From an uncultured Pelagibacteraceae bacterium (GTDB lineage: Bacteria > Pseudomonadota > Alphaproteobacteria > Pelagibacterales > Pelagibacteraceae), in the NCBI GenBank assembly GCA_902622795.1, contig CACNRD010000005.1:2993-66992 (forward strand): 64,000 bases of DNA. The letters run 5' to 3'. The first letter of the stretch is position 1; each line of letters begins with the position of its first letter. The notes below the pieces were generated by a model, which worked only from the letters and a program-made list of their open reading frames with translations, ran no database searches and was not told where the DNA came from. The translations under genes were made by a program, and so were the position numbers. This document shows, one piece after another, positions 26,301 through 35,552 of the stretch.

Positions 26301-27832
26301 TCTGATAATACTGCAAGAGGAGTATCATCCCCCATCGATCCTATAGCTTCCTTGGCATCCTCTGCCATCGGATGTAATATCAATTCTAAATCTTCTAGAC
26401 TAATTCCAAATGCATATTGTCTTCTTCTTAATTCATCTCCAGAATAAGAATTTTTCTCATTAGAAATTGTTAATTTTTCATCTAAGTCAATAATTTGTGA
26501 ATTAAAATGTTTGTACTCTTTTGCTAGATAATCTTTAATTTGCTTATTTTTAAAAACTTTTCCTTTTTCAATTCTAACACCAATGATTTCTCCTGGTCCT
26601 AATCTACCTTTAGAAAGTATTCTTTTTTCATTAAGTTCAATCATGCCGGTCTCTGATCCTGCAAATAACAAATTATCTTTTGTAATTGCATATCTTAATG
26701 GTCGTAATCCATTTCTGTCATTAGCTGCAATTACCCATTCGTTATCTGTTCCTGCAATAGCTGCGGGACCGTCCCATGGTTCCATTGTACTGTTTAAAAA
26801 ATTAAATAATTGTTGGTGATCTTTAGGTAAAGTTTCATTTTTTTTAGACCATGCGTCTGGAACCAACATTAACTTAGCTAGAGGTGCTGGCTGACCAGAA
26901 ATGTTAAGCAATTCAAACACATTATCTAACGCAGCAGAATCTGAAGTACCTTGTTGGATAACTGGTTTTAAATTTTCTATATTTTCAAAAAGATTGCTAT
27001 TCATTTCTTGTTCATGAACTTTCATCCAATTTTTATTTCCCCTGAATGTATTTATTTCACCATTATGAGCAATTGCTCTAAACGGTTGAGCTAAATTCCA
27101 ACTTGGTGCCGTATTAGTAGAAAATCTTTGATGAAAAATTGCAAATCTTGAAATAAATCTTTCGTCTTTTAAATCTAAATAAAAGTCTGAAATTGCCTCG
27201 GCTAAAAACATACCTTTGTAAATAATTGACTTAGAGCTTAATGAACAAATGTAAAAATGATTTAAGGATTTTTTAAATGCTTCATTTTCTATTTTTCTTC
27301 TAGTTTCATATATTTTTCTTTCTAGATCTTTATTTGTAAGTTCTAGATCATATGATTTAAACAAAACCTGAATAATTTCAGGCATAGTCTGTAGTGCCTT
27401 TTCACCTAATACGTTTGGATTAATTGGAACTTGTCTCCAGCCATAAATACTAAAACCATTTTTTGTTAATTCACTCTCTACAATTGTTTTGCAGCTTTCT
27501 TGAGCTTCATAATCATTTCTAGGTAAAAAAATCATACCTACGCCTATTTCAGAGTTATCATGGGTGTGACCAGTCACCTCTATTTTTTCAATAAAAAAAT
27601 CTTTTGGAATTTCAACATGAATTCCTGCACCATCTCCTGTTTTTCCATCTGCGTCTACTGCACCTCTGTGCCAAACAGCTTTTAAAGCTTCAATACCGTA
27701 CTCAACAACTTTACGAGATTTTTTACCTTCAGTGGATGCAATAATTCCAACTCCACATGCATCATGCTCCATATCATCAGAGTAAACATGATTTTGTTTT
27801 AATAATTCTTTATTCTTAATATAATTTTTCAC
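23330..27832 (-). CDS. gltB: glutamate synthase large subunit
   Basis: EHDACGVG, HQRFSTNT, EPWDGPA, QVTNPPID, QGAKPGEGGQLPG, CIMVRQCHSNTCPVGV. Confidence 0.98.
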   Translation of the reverse strand: MKNYIKNKELLKQNHVYSDDMEHDACGVGIIASTEGKKSRKVVEYGIEALKAVWHRGAVDADGKTGDGAGIHVEIPKDFFIEKIEVTGHTHDNSEIGVGMIFLPRNDYEAQESCKTIVESELTKNGFSIYGWRQVPINPNVLGEKALQTMPEIIQVLFKSYDLELTNKDLERKIYETRRKIENEAFKKSLNHFYICSLSSKSIIYKGMFLAEAISDFYLDLKDERFISRFAIFHQRFSTNTAPSWNLAQPFRAIAHNGEINTFRGNKNWMKVHEQEMNSNLFENIENLKPVIQQGTSDSAALDNVFELLNISGQPAPLAKLMLVPDAWSKKNETLPKDHQQLFNFLNSTMEPWDGPAAIAGTDNEWVIAANDRNGLRPLRYAITKDNLLFAGSETGMIELNEKRILSKGRLGPGEIIGVRIEKGKVFKNKQIKDYLAKEYKHFNSQIIDLDEKLTISNEKNSYSGDELRRRQYAFGISLEDLELILHPMAEDAKEAIGSMGDDTPLAVLSDRYRPLYHFFRQNFSQVTNPPIDSLRENKVMSLKTRFGNLGNILNFDNLTKQNIYVLNSPILSNSQFEKFINFFGKNSSIIDCTFSDNENLHESIKRIQKDAEIAVRQGVTQLILSDKELSSMKLPIPMLLAVGAINSFLIEKKLRGYVSINVQSGEAMDTHSFATLIGVGATTVNPYIAFDSLYHRHEKKLFGKFSFDECVERYIKSVNAGLLKIMSKMGISVLSSYRGGCNFETVGLSRTIVADYFPGVVSKISGIGLTGIEKKIREIHKEAFESSDTVLPIGGIYRYRKNGETHQYQGKLIHLLQSAVGSNSYDAYKRYAEGIYNLPPINLRDLIDFRTKKLKEQIDISEVEPLANILKRFGSGSMSHGALSKEAHETLATGMNRIKGASCSGEGGEDEKRFKVLENGDSANSRVKQIASARFGVTVNYLNNCNEIEIKIAQGAKPGEGGQLPGFKITKEIARLRHSTPGVTLISPPPHHDIYSIEDLAQLIYDLKQINPKARIGVKLVASSGVGTIAAGVAKAKADIILISGHNGGTGATPQTSVKYVGIPWEMGLTEANQVLTLNNLRHKVTLRTDGGIKTGRDVVIAAMMGAEEYGVATTALVAMGCIMVRQCHSNTCPVGVCTQDEKLREKFTGTPEKIVNLFTFIGTEVREILAKLGFKSLNDIIGRTDLLKQVSKGSPNLDDLDLNPLFVQTDTGNNKRYCDNPEINSVPDTLDQEIWPEIEKSLDSSEKIEKVYPIQNTHRAVGTRISHHLYKKYGYEKLNDDFLILNFKGSAGQSFGAFSSKGLKLVLKGDANDYVGKGLSGATISIKLPEESNLVSNENTILGNTVLYGATSGKLFAAGQAGERFAVRNSGATTVIEGCDSNGCEYMTGGMVVILGEVGDNFAAGMTGGMAFIYDKSRQFTKKVNPESVVWQTVETDYWKKILKNLISEHSKETGSEFSRNIIKNYDEELINFVQVCPKEMLDKLDNPITLKGIKKVS

Positions 27833-29271
27833 TAAGCTACTTTTCTCTCTTTTAAAGACTTGTTCTCTAAATAATTTTTAATTGAAGTTGCTGCATCTCT
27901 TCCATCTTTAATCGCCCAAACTACTAAAGAAGCACCTCTAATTATATCACCAGCAGCAAATACACCTTTAATATTTGTCTCCATAGTATCAAAATCAGCT
28001 TTAATTGTTCCCCATTTTGTTACTTGTAACTCATTTGCTTCAAACATTTTTGGTAAATCTTCAGGGTCAAAACCCAAAGCCTTTATAACCATATCAGCAT
28101 TGATTTCATAACTTGAACCTTCCTGAACCTGTGGTTTCCTTCTTCCACTTTCGTCAGGATCACCAAGTTTGATTTGATCTACAACTAATTTTTCAATTTT
28201 ATTTGTACCTTTAAATTCTTTAGGACTTGATAGCCAAACAAATTGAACTCCTTCTTCTTCAGCATTAGCAACCTCTCTAGCTGAACCAGGCATATTTTCT
28301 TTATCTCTTCTATATAAACATTTTACAGATTTTGCTTTTTGTCTGATAGAGGTTCTTACACAATCCATAGCAGTATCACCACCTCCAATAACAACAACAT
28401 CTTTACCTTCAGCATTTAAAATTCCTTTGTCAAATAATTCAACTTCATCTCCTAAACCTTTTTTATTTGATGCAGTTAAAAAATCCATAGCTGGAAAAAT
28501 ATTATCTAAATCATTTCCCTTTAGCGCAACTTCTCTTGCTTTATAAACTCCAGTTGCGATCAAAATTGCATCGTGCTTTTTACGTAATTGATCTAAAGTT
28601 GCATCCTTACCAACCTCAAAATTTTGAACAAACTCTATTCCTCCATCTTTTAAAAGTTTCGTTCTTCTTTCAACAATTTCTTTTTCTAATTTAAAATTTG
28701 GAATTCCATATATTAACAAACCACCTGCTCGATCGTATCGATCATAAACAGTGATTTTATATCCACTTTTTCTTAATTGCTCTGCAGCTGCTAATCCTGC
28801 TGGACCTGCTCCAATGATACCTACACTTTGATTTTTTTCTTGGTTAACTTGAATTGGTTTCACCCAGCCTTGTTCCCATGCATTATCAGTAATATATTTT
28901 TCTACAGAACCAATGGTTACAGTTCCATGACCAGATTGTTCAATGACACAATTACCTTCACACAGTCTGTCTTGAGGACATATTCTTCCACAAACTTCAG
29001 GCATATTATTTGTACTTTGAGACAACTCATAAGCTTCTTTGAGTCTTCCTTCTGCAGTAAGTTTTAACCAATCTGGTATATTATTGCTTAAAGGACAATG
29101 AACTTGACAAAAAGGAACTCCACATTGGGAGCATCTACTAGACTGCTCTTTAGCTTTTTCATTTATATATTCGTCGTAAATCTCTTTAAAATCTTGTTTT
29201 CTGGTCCCAACTTCCCGTTTAGGTGGTGTTTGTTGACCTATTTTTACAAATTTTAACATTTTATCAGGCAT
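27832..29271 (-). CDS. gltD: glutamate synthase small subunit
   Basis: RCSQCGVPFCQVHCP, CGRICPQDRLCEGNC, GAGPAG, GGGDTAMDC, AGDIIRGASLVVWA. Confidence 0.97.
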   Translation of the reverse strand: MPDKMLKFVKIGQQTPPKREVGTRKQDFKEIYDEYINEKAKEQSSRCSQCGVPFCQVHCPLSNNIPDWLKLTAEGRLKEAYELSQSTNNMPEVCGRICPQDRLCEGNCVIEQSGHGTVTIGSVEKYITDNAWEQGWVKPIQVNQEKNQSVGIIGAGPAGLAAAEQLRKSGYKITVYDRYDRAGGLLIYGIPNFKLEKEIVERRTKLLKDGGIEFVQNFEVGKDATLDQLRKKHDAILIATGVYKAREVALKGNDLDNIFPAMDFLTASNKKGLGDEVELFDKGILNAEGKDVVVIGGGDTAMDCVRTSIRQKAKSVKCLYRRDKENMPGSAREVANAEEEGVQFVWLSSPKEFKGTNKIEKLVVDQIKLGDPDESGRRKPQVQEGSSYEINADMVIKALGFDPEDLPKMFEANELQVTKWGTIKADFDTMETNIKGVFAAGDIIRGASLVVWAIKDGRDAATSIKNYLENKSLKERKVA

Positions 29272-29329
29272 AATAATTTTATAATTTCTGGCAAGTTATA
29301 TGTTGATTTTATTAAATAAAGTCTAAAAT

Positions 29330-29348
29330 AGGTCATAAACTATGACCT
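29330..29348. promoter_or_regulatory. perfect inverted repeat, candidate operator in gltD/uppP divergent region
   Basis: AGGTCATA-AAC-TATGACCT; contains T-N11-A. Confidence 0.55.
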
Positions 29349-29452
29349 TAACTGAATAACTCTCTACGAATTTAAACAACTTTCTAAAAAATGCATACCT
29401 AATATGATCAAATCGAATTGTTTTAAATCGATATTTTATAAGTTACGAAGAA

Positions 29453-30220
29453 ATGATGTTTCAAAATATAATAGAAGTATTAATCCTTTCAGTAATTCAA
29501 GGTGTATCTGAGTTCTTGCCAATAAGTTCTTCAGCACACTTAATTCTGGTTTCAAGCTTATATGAGTTTAAATCTAATTCATTGTTAATAGATATTAGTC
29601 TTCATTTAGGATCTTTATTAGCAATAATTTATTTTTTTAGAGAAGAATTATTAGATGTTAAAAATAACAAAAGATTATTAAGTTTAATTGTTCTTGGTTC
29701 TATTCCATTAATGATTGTTGGATATATTTTATACGCTACAAATTTTATTTACGCTCTAAGAGATATAAAAGTAATTGCATGGACTACGCTTGTGTTTGCA
29801 ATAATTTTATACATTGCAGATAGAAATAGATTTGATAAAAAAATTTCAGCTAATTTAAATATTCAAACAATATTTTTCATTGGTCTTTTTCAAATTTTAT
29901 CACTTGTGCCAGGTGTAAGTAGAGCAGGTATTACTATAACTGCTGCTAGAATTTTAAAATTTAATAGAGTGGACTCTAGTAAAATATCTTTTTTACTTTC
30001 TATTCCTGCACTTAGTGGAGCAAGCTTTTTGGGTTTGAAGGATATTGTAAATCAACCTATTGAATTAAATTACTTGGTGTTTGTTGCAATAATCTCATCC
30101 TTTATATTGTCTTTTATGACAGTCAAATTTTTTTTAATTTATATAAATAAATTTTCTATGAATGCTTTTGTAATATACAGAATAATAATAGCTTTAATTT
30201 TATTTAGCTTAATTTATTAA
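29453..30220 (+). CDS. uppP: undecaprenyl-diphosphate phosphatase
   Basis: QGVSEFLPISSSAH, HLGS, PGVSRAG, SFLLSIP. Confidence 0.95.
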   Translation: MMFQNIIEVLILSVIQGVSEFLPISSSAHLILVSSLYEFKSNSLLIDISLHLGSLLAIIYFFREELLDVKNNKRLLSLIVLGSIPLMIVGYILYATNFIYALRDIKVIAWTTLVFAIILYIADRNRFDKKISANLNIQTIFFIGLFQILSLVPGVSRAGITITAARILKFNRVDSSKISFLLSIPALSGASFLGLKDIVNQPIELNYLVFVAIISSFILSFMTVKFFLIYINKFSMNAFVIYRIIIALILFSLIY

Positions 30221-31110
30221 GCGTATCTTTTTTTCATTAAAGGAAGTAACTGAGATAATAATACTCCACACAAAATGAAAAAGCATCCAAGTAAGTTATT
30301 AATATCTAAAATCTGACTCAATAGAAACCAAGCTGCTATTGTGGCAAAAACACCCTCAAGTGAAAAAATAATTGCTGCTGGTGCGGGTGATATATTTTTT
30401 TGTGCATAAATCTGTAATACGAATGCTAATCCTCCAGATAAAATTCCTGCATATAGTATGGAGTCTAATTCTTTTAATATATTTACTAAAATAAATTCCT
30501 CGTAAACTAAACCAATAACAAATGAAAATATTGAGACTATTAATGTTTGTACAGCACCTATAGTGAGTGGTAGGTTATATTTTTTTACTATAATTCCCAC
30601 AAAAATAATATGAGTGCTCCAAAAAAGTGCCCCTAAAATAACTAAACCATCTCCTAGCCTAATCGTAGCATCATAAAAATTCGTTAATAAATACCCTCCT
30701 ATTAAACATAAAATTACAGACGGCCATATACTCCAATGAATAGAAATTTTTCCAAACAAAAAAATTATAATCGGTACCATTGGAACATAAAAAATTGTAA
30801 AAAAAGCTGCATTGGCAACATCGGTATAAAGTAAAGCAACCTGTTGCAAACCAGACCCTAAAAAAAGAGACGAACCAATCAAAAAAGAGAAAATTGCAAA
30901 TGTTTTAAAATCAACATTAAATTCAGATTTCATTTTTTTTACCTCAAATAGGATTACTAAGGGCATAATAGCTAAAAAACCTATAAAAAACCTAGCTGCA
31001 TTAAATGTAAAGGGTCCTATATTATCCATCCCAGTATCTTGAGCTATAAATGTTGTTCCCCAAATAAAAGTACACAGTAAAGCACTGAGTAACGATATAG
31101 ATTTTGTCAT
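30217..31110 (-). CDS. DMT/EamA family transporter
   Basis: IWGTTFIAQ, two EamA-like repeats, about 10 TM segments, LEGVFA. Confidence 0.9.
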   Translation of the reverse strand: MTKSISLLSALLCTFIWGTTFIAQDTGMDNIGPFTFNAARFFIGFLAIMPLVILFEVKKMKSEFNVDFKTFAIFSFLIGSSLFLGSGLQQVALLYTDVANAAFFTIFYVPMVPIIIFLFGKISIHWSIWPSVILCLIGGYLLTNFYDATIRLGDGLVILGALFWSTHIIFVGIIVKKYNLPLTIGAVQTLIVSIFSFVIGLVYEEFILVNILKELDSILYAGILSGGLAFVLQIYAQKNISPAPAAIIFSLEGVFATIAAWFLLSQILDINNLLGCFFILCGVLLSQLLPLMKKRYA

Positions 31111-31116
31111 AAATAA

Positions 31117-32373
31117 TTATACAGCTAACTTATAAGCAAAATTGTTTCCTAAATTTTCTTTTAAATCGTTATTAAACCGAGCAGCTTCTGCTCCATCAAT
31201 AATTCTATGATCATAAGAAAGAGAAATTGGCAACATTGTTCTTGTTTGAAACTTTCCATTTAAAAAAACTTGTTTTTTTTCTGACCTTCCAACACCCAAA
31301 ATAGCTACTTCAGGATAATTTATTATTGGTGTAAAGAAAGATCCACCTATTCCTCCTAGACTTGTAATTGTCATTGATCCACCAAATAATTCCTTCTTAT
31401 CTATTTTTAGACTCCTACAAAGTTCACTGACTTGTTTTAACTCTTTACTAATTAATGAAATTTTTTTATTATTTGCATCTCTGATTTTTGGAACCATTAA
31501 TCCATTTGGAGTATCGACTGCAATTCCAATATGATAGTATTTCTTTAAAGTCATTTTTCCGCTTTCAATCTCATCTATTGAAGAATTAAAAGTTGGAAAC
31601 TTTTTTAAAGAAGCAACTAATGCTTTTATAATAAATGCCAAAGGAGTAATTTTTATTTTTTCTCCAGTATAAATATCTTTCAAAGAAGTTCTGAAACTTT
31701 CCATTTCAGTTATATCTGCTTCGTCATGATTAGTTACATGGGGAATAGTTGTCCAAGAATTTGTAAGATAAGTTGAAGCTAGTTTCTTTACTCTTGGTAT
31801 ATCTTTAATCTCAACTTTTCCAAAATCTGCATGCTCATATTCATTCTTGATTTTAACTGGTTTGATTTCTTTTGTTTGATAATTATTTGCAGATTTTGAA
31901 GAAACAAATTTTTTAATATCATCCTCTATTACTCTTCCATTTTTTTCACTACCTACCACTTGGTTGATATTAACACCTAGCTCCCTTGCAAATTTTCTAG
32001 CTTTTGGACTTGCTGAAGAAATATCTTTAATTTTCTTTTCGGATATAGAAATTTGTTCTTTTGCTTGTTTTATTTCTACAATCGGTTCGTATTGTTTTTC
32101 AATTTTTGCTTCTTCTTTAATTTTACTTTCACTTGACAAACTTTCTAATATTAAAATTAAATCACCCTCCGAAACTTTATCGCCGACTTTTAATTTAAGA
32201 GATTTGACTTTTCCCTCAAAGTTTGATGGAATTTCAACGCTAGATTTATCACTCTCAATTGTTATTAATGGATCATTTTTTAATATATCTTGTCCCTCAT
32301 TTACCAAAACTTCTATTACTTCTACGTCTGTGAAATCACCAATATTTGGAACCTTAATATCAATCTCTTTCAT
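31117..32373 (-). CDS. aceF: dihydrolipoamide acetyltransferase (PDH E2), one lipoyl domain
   Basis: ESDKSSVE lipoyl site, ASPKARKFARELGV binding domain, SYDHRIIDGA; start moved to ATG 32373. Confidence 0.95.
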   Translation of the reverse strand: MKEIDIKVPNIGDFTDVEVIEVLVNEGQDILKNDPLITIESDKSSVEIPSNFEGKVKSLKLKVGDKVSEGDLILILESLSSESKIKEEAKIEKQYEPIVEIKQAKEQISISEKKIKDISSASPKARKFARELGVNINQVVGSEKNGRVIEDDIKKFVSSKSANNYQTKEIKPVKIKNEYEHADFGKVEIKDIPRVKKLASTYLTNSWTTIPHVTNHDEADITEMESFRTSLKDIYTGEKIKITPLAFIIKALVASLKKFPTFNSSIDEIESGKMTLKKYYHIGIAVDTPNGLMVPKIRDANNKKISLISKELKQVSELCRSLKIDKKELFGGSMTITSLGGIGGSFFTPIINYPEVAILGVGRSEKKQVFLNGKFQTRTMLPISLSYDHRIIDGAEAARFNNDLKENLGNNFAYKLAV

Positions 32374-32374
32374 T

Positions 32375-35300
32375 TTATAATTTAGTAGGCATTGGCTTGT
32401 TGCCATCAATGTTATATTTTTTCATTGCTTCTTTTGCATGTTTTGAGGCTATAAGTTGCTCTTTTGCTAAAATACTTAATCCATATGCAACTATGTGCTC
32501 TTTATCCACTTCAAAAAATTTTCTTAAATTTTTTCTTGTATCACTCCTACCAAAACCATCAGCCCCCAGAGAGTAAAAACTTTTATTAGTATAAGGTCTA
32601 ATTTGATCTGAATTCATTCTCATATAATCTGAAGCAGCCATAATTGGACCCTCTGTTTTACCTAAACATTGCTCAACAAAAGATTTTTTTGGTTCTTTGT
32701 CAGGATTTAACAAATTATACCTCTCAACCTCCATTCCATCTTTTCTAAGTTCATTAAAACTAGTAACACTCCAGATTTCACTATCAATTTGATAATCTTT
32801 TTGCAAAATTTCAGCTGCCGAAATCATTTCCCGAAGTATTGTGCCTGATCCAAGAAGTTGAATTTTAGTTTTTTTATGTTTGTCAAAATCTTTTATTTTA
32901 TACATCCCTTTTAATATTCCTTCTTCTGTATTTTTATCTTTTGGCATCTCTGGATGAGAGTAATTTTCATTCATTGTCGTAATATAATAAAAGACATTTT
33001 CTTTTTTCTCATGCATTCTTCTCAAACCTTCTCTAAAAATTACTGCCAGTTCATAATGGAATGTTGGATCATAAGTTACACAGTTTGGAATAGTAGAGGC
33101 AATTAAATGACTATGACCATCCTGGTGTTGTAGACCTTCTCCAGCCAATGTTGTCCTTCCTGCAGTAGCACCAATCAAAAAACCTCTGGCTTGACTATCT
33201 CCAGCTGCCCAAGCAAGATCTCCAATTCTTTGAAAACCAAACATAGAATAAAAAGTGTAGATTGGAATCATTTCAATATCATGATTTGTGTAAGCTGTTG
33301 CTGCAGCAATCCATGAAGACATTGCACCTGCTTCATTAATTCCTTCTTCTAGAACTTGTCCGCTTTTTTCTTCTCTATATGAGCTTAATTGTGCGGAGTC
33401 TTCTGGTTCATATTTTTGACCTTCATGAGCATAAATTCCAATTTTTTGAAAAAATCCTTCCATACCAAATGTTCTTGCTTCATCTGGAATTATAGGAACT
33501 AATCTTGGAGAAATATTTTTATCTCTCATTAAATTAGTTAACATTCTAACAAGAGCCATTGTTGTAGACATTTCTTTTTCACCAGTTGATACTTTCATAA
33601 AATCAAAAATATCTTTTGAGGGTGCTTTAATAGGTTTTGCAAAAGTTGATCTTTCTGGTAAAAATCCACCTAGTTTGATTCTTCTCTCTTTTAAGTATTT
33701 AATTTCTTGAGATTTTTCATCCGGTCTAAAATATTCAATATTTCTTACTTGTTCGTCTGTCAAAGGTACGTCAAAACGGTCTCTGTAATACATTAGGTCA
33801 TCTACATCTAACTTTTTTGTTTGATGGGTTGTGTTAACACTTTCTCCAGATTTTCCCATACCATATCCTTTAATAGTTTTAGCAATAATAACAGTTGGGC
33901 TTCCTTTATGTTTGGTTGCTTTATCATATGCTGCATAAACTTTATGTGGATCATGTCCACCTCTGTTTAACCTCCAGATATCTTTATCTGATAAACTTGA
34001 AACCATTTCTAAAGTTTGAGGATATTTTCCAAAAAACTTTTCTCTTACATAAGCACCATCCCTTGCTTTAGCTGCTTGATATTCTCCATCAACTGTCTCA
34101 TTCATAAGCTTAACTAAATGGCCTTCTTTATCATTAGCCAATAAAGAGTCCCAATAGGAACCCCAAATTACTTTAATCACGTTCCAACCAGACCCTCTAA
34201 AACTGCCTTCAAGTTCTTGAATTATTTTTCCATTCCCTCTAACAGGTCCATCCAGTCTTTGAAGATTACAGTTAATAACAAAAATTAAATTATCTAAATT
34301 CTCTCTAGCAGCTAAACCAATTGCTCCCATTGACTCCGGTTCATCCATCTCTCCATCACCTAAGAAAGCCCATACTTTTCTTCCTTCATCTTTAATTAAT
34401 CCTCTATTAATTAAATATTTCATGTATCTTGCTTGATAAATTGCAAGCATAGGACCCAGACCCATAGAGACTGTTGGAAATTGCCAAAACTTTGGCATTA
34501 ACCATGGGTGTGGATAAGAGGATAGTCCTCCAGGTTTAACCTCTTGTCTAAAGCTATCTAATTGTTTTTCATTTAATCTTCCCTCTAAATATGCTCTTGC
34601 ATACATTCCTGGAGCACTATGACCTTGAAAGTAAATCAAATCTCCACCAAATTTATTATTTTTTGCTCTCCAAAAATGGTTCATTCCTACATCATACAGA
34701 GTTGCTGCTGACGCAAATGTACCTATATGTCCACCTAATTCAGGAAATTTTTTATTAGCCCTAACTACCATAGCAGCTGAATTCCATCTAATTAATGACC
34801 TTATTCTTCTCTCAATATTTTGATCTCCATTAGATTTTACCTCAGCTTCAGGAGGTATTGTATTAATGTATGGTGTATTTTGAGTATAAGGAATATTTGC
34901 ACCTTCACGGTAAGCTTTGTTTATTAATTCTTTAATTAAAAAATGAGCTCTATGATTCCCATCTTTAGAAATTACAGCTGATAAAGATTCTAACCAATCT
35001 TTTGTTTCCAGAGGATCTATATCTGCACCATTGCTGACTTGAATAATTGGTTCTTTTTTTTCAGGAATAATATTTTTTGTTTCCTTTTCTTTAACTTTAT
35101 CTTTGTCTTTTTGGGCAGCAATAACTTCTTCTGCTTGTTTAATTATATTTTCTGTATCTTTTGGAAGTTTATCAGCGGTTGTTGATATCGTTGAATTTAA
35201 ATAATTTAAAATCAAATCCCCTTTTGAGACTTTATCACCAACCTTAAGCTCAATACTTTCAATTTTCCCGTCAACTGTTGAGGGAATTTCAACACTAGAT

Positions 35301-35425
35301 TTGTCACTTTCGATAGTTATTAAAGGATCATTTTTTTTTATTTGATCTCCTGATTTTACTAATATTTCAATTACTTCAACATTTTCGAATTCACCAATAT
35401 CAGGAACAAGTAATTTTTCGCTCAT
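32375..35425 (-). CDS. aceE: pyruvate dehydrogenase E1, homodimeric AceE type, with N-terminal lipoyl domain
   Basis: DIDPLETKDWLES, GDGEMDEPES, NCNLQRLDGPV, GEGLQHQDGHS; N-terminal ESDKSSVE lipoyl domain. Confidence 0.96.
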   Translation of the reverse strand: MSEKLLVPDIGEFENVEVIEILVKSGDQIKKNDPLITIESDKSSVEIPSTVDGKIESIELKVGDKVSKGDLILNYLNSTISTTADKLPKDTENIIKQAEEVIAAQKDKDKVKEKETKNIIPEKKEPIIQVSNGADIDPLETKDWLESLSAVISKDGNHRAHFLIKELINKAYREGANIPYTQNTPYINTIPPEAEVKSNGDQNIERRIRSLIRWNSAAMVVRANKKFPELGGHIGTFASAATLYDVGMNHFWRAKNNKFGGDLIYFQGHSAPGMYARAYLEGRLNEKQLDSFRQEVKPGGLSSYPHPWLMPKFWQFPTVSMGLGPMLAIYQARYMKYLINRGLIKDEGRKVWAFLGDGEMDEPESMGAIGLAARENLDNLIFVINCNLQRLDGPVRGNGKIIQELEGSFRGSGWNVIKVIWGSYWDSLLANDKEGHLVKLMNETVDGEYQAAKARDGAYVREKFFGKYPQTLEMVSSLSDKDIWRLNRGGHDPHKVYAAYDKATKHKGSPTVIIAKTIKGYGMGKSGESVNTTHQTKKLDVDDLMYYRDRFDVPLTDEQVRNIEYFRPDEKSQEIKYLKERRIKLGGFLPERSTFAKPIKAPSKDIFDFMKVSTGEKEMSTTMALVRMLTNLMRDKNISPRLVPIIPDEARTFGMEGFFQKIGIYAHEGQKYEPEDSAQLSSYREEKSGQVLEEGINEAGAMSSWIAAATAYTNHDIEMIPIYTFYSMFGFQRIGDLAWAAGDSQARGFLIGATAGRTTLAGEGLQHQDGHSHLIASTIPNCVTYDPTFHYELAVIFREGLRRMHEKKENVFYYITTMNENYSHPEMPKDKNTEEGILKGMYKIKDFDKHKKTKIQLLGSGTILREMISAAEILQKDYQIDSEIWSVTSFNELRKDGMEVERYNLLNPDKEPKKSFVEQCLGKTEGPIMAASDYMRMNSDQIRPYTNKSFYSLGADGFGRSDTRKNLRKFFEVDKEHIVAYGLSILAKEQLIASKHAKEAMKKYNIDGNKPMPTKL

Positions 35426-35552
35426 TATTTTTAGTTGTTTTATATACTCAAAAAAACTTTATTAAATTTTATTTTTATCACATTAATGAGTTTTTTGTTA
35501 ATGTTGTTAAGATATTGTGCCAAAAAATTAACAAAAATCTAAATGTACTACG

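Noticed and set aside
35505-35525. TGGCAC on minus strand as a sigma54 promoter for aceE
   Set aside because: The -12 TTGC element is missing
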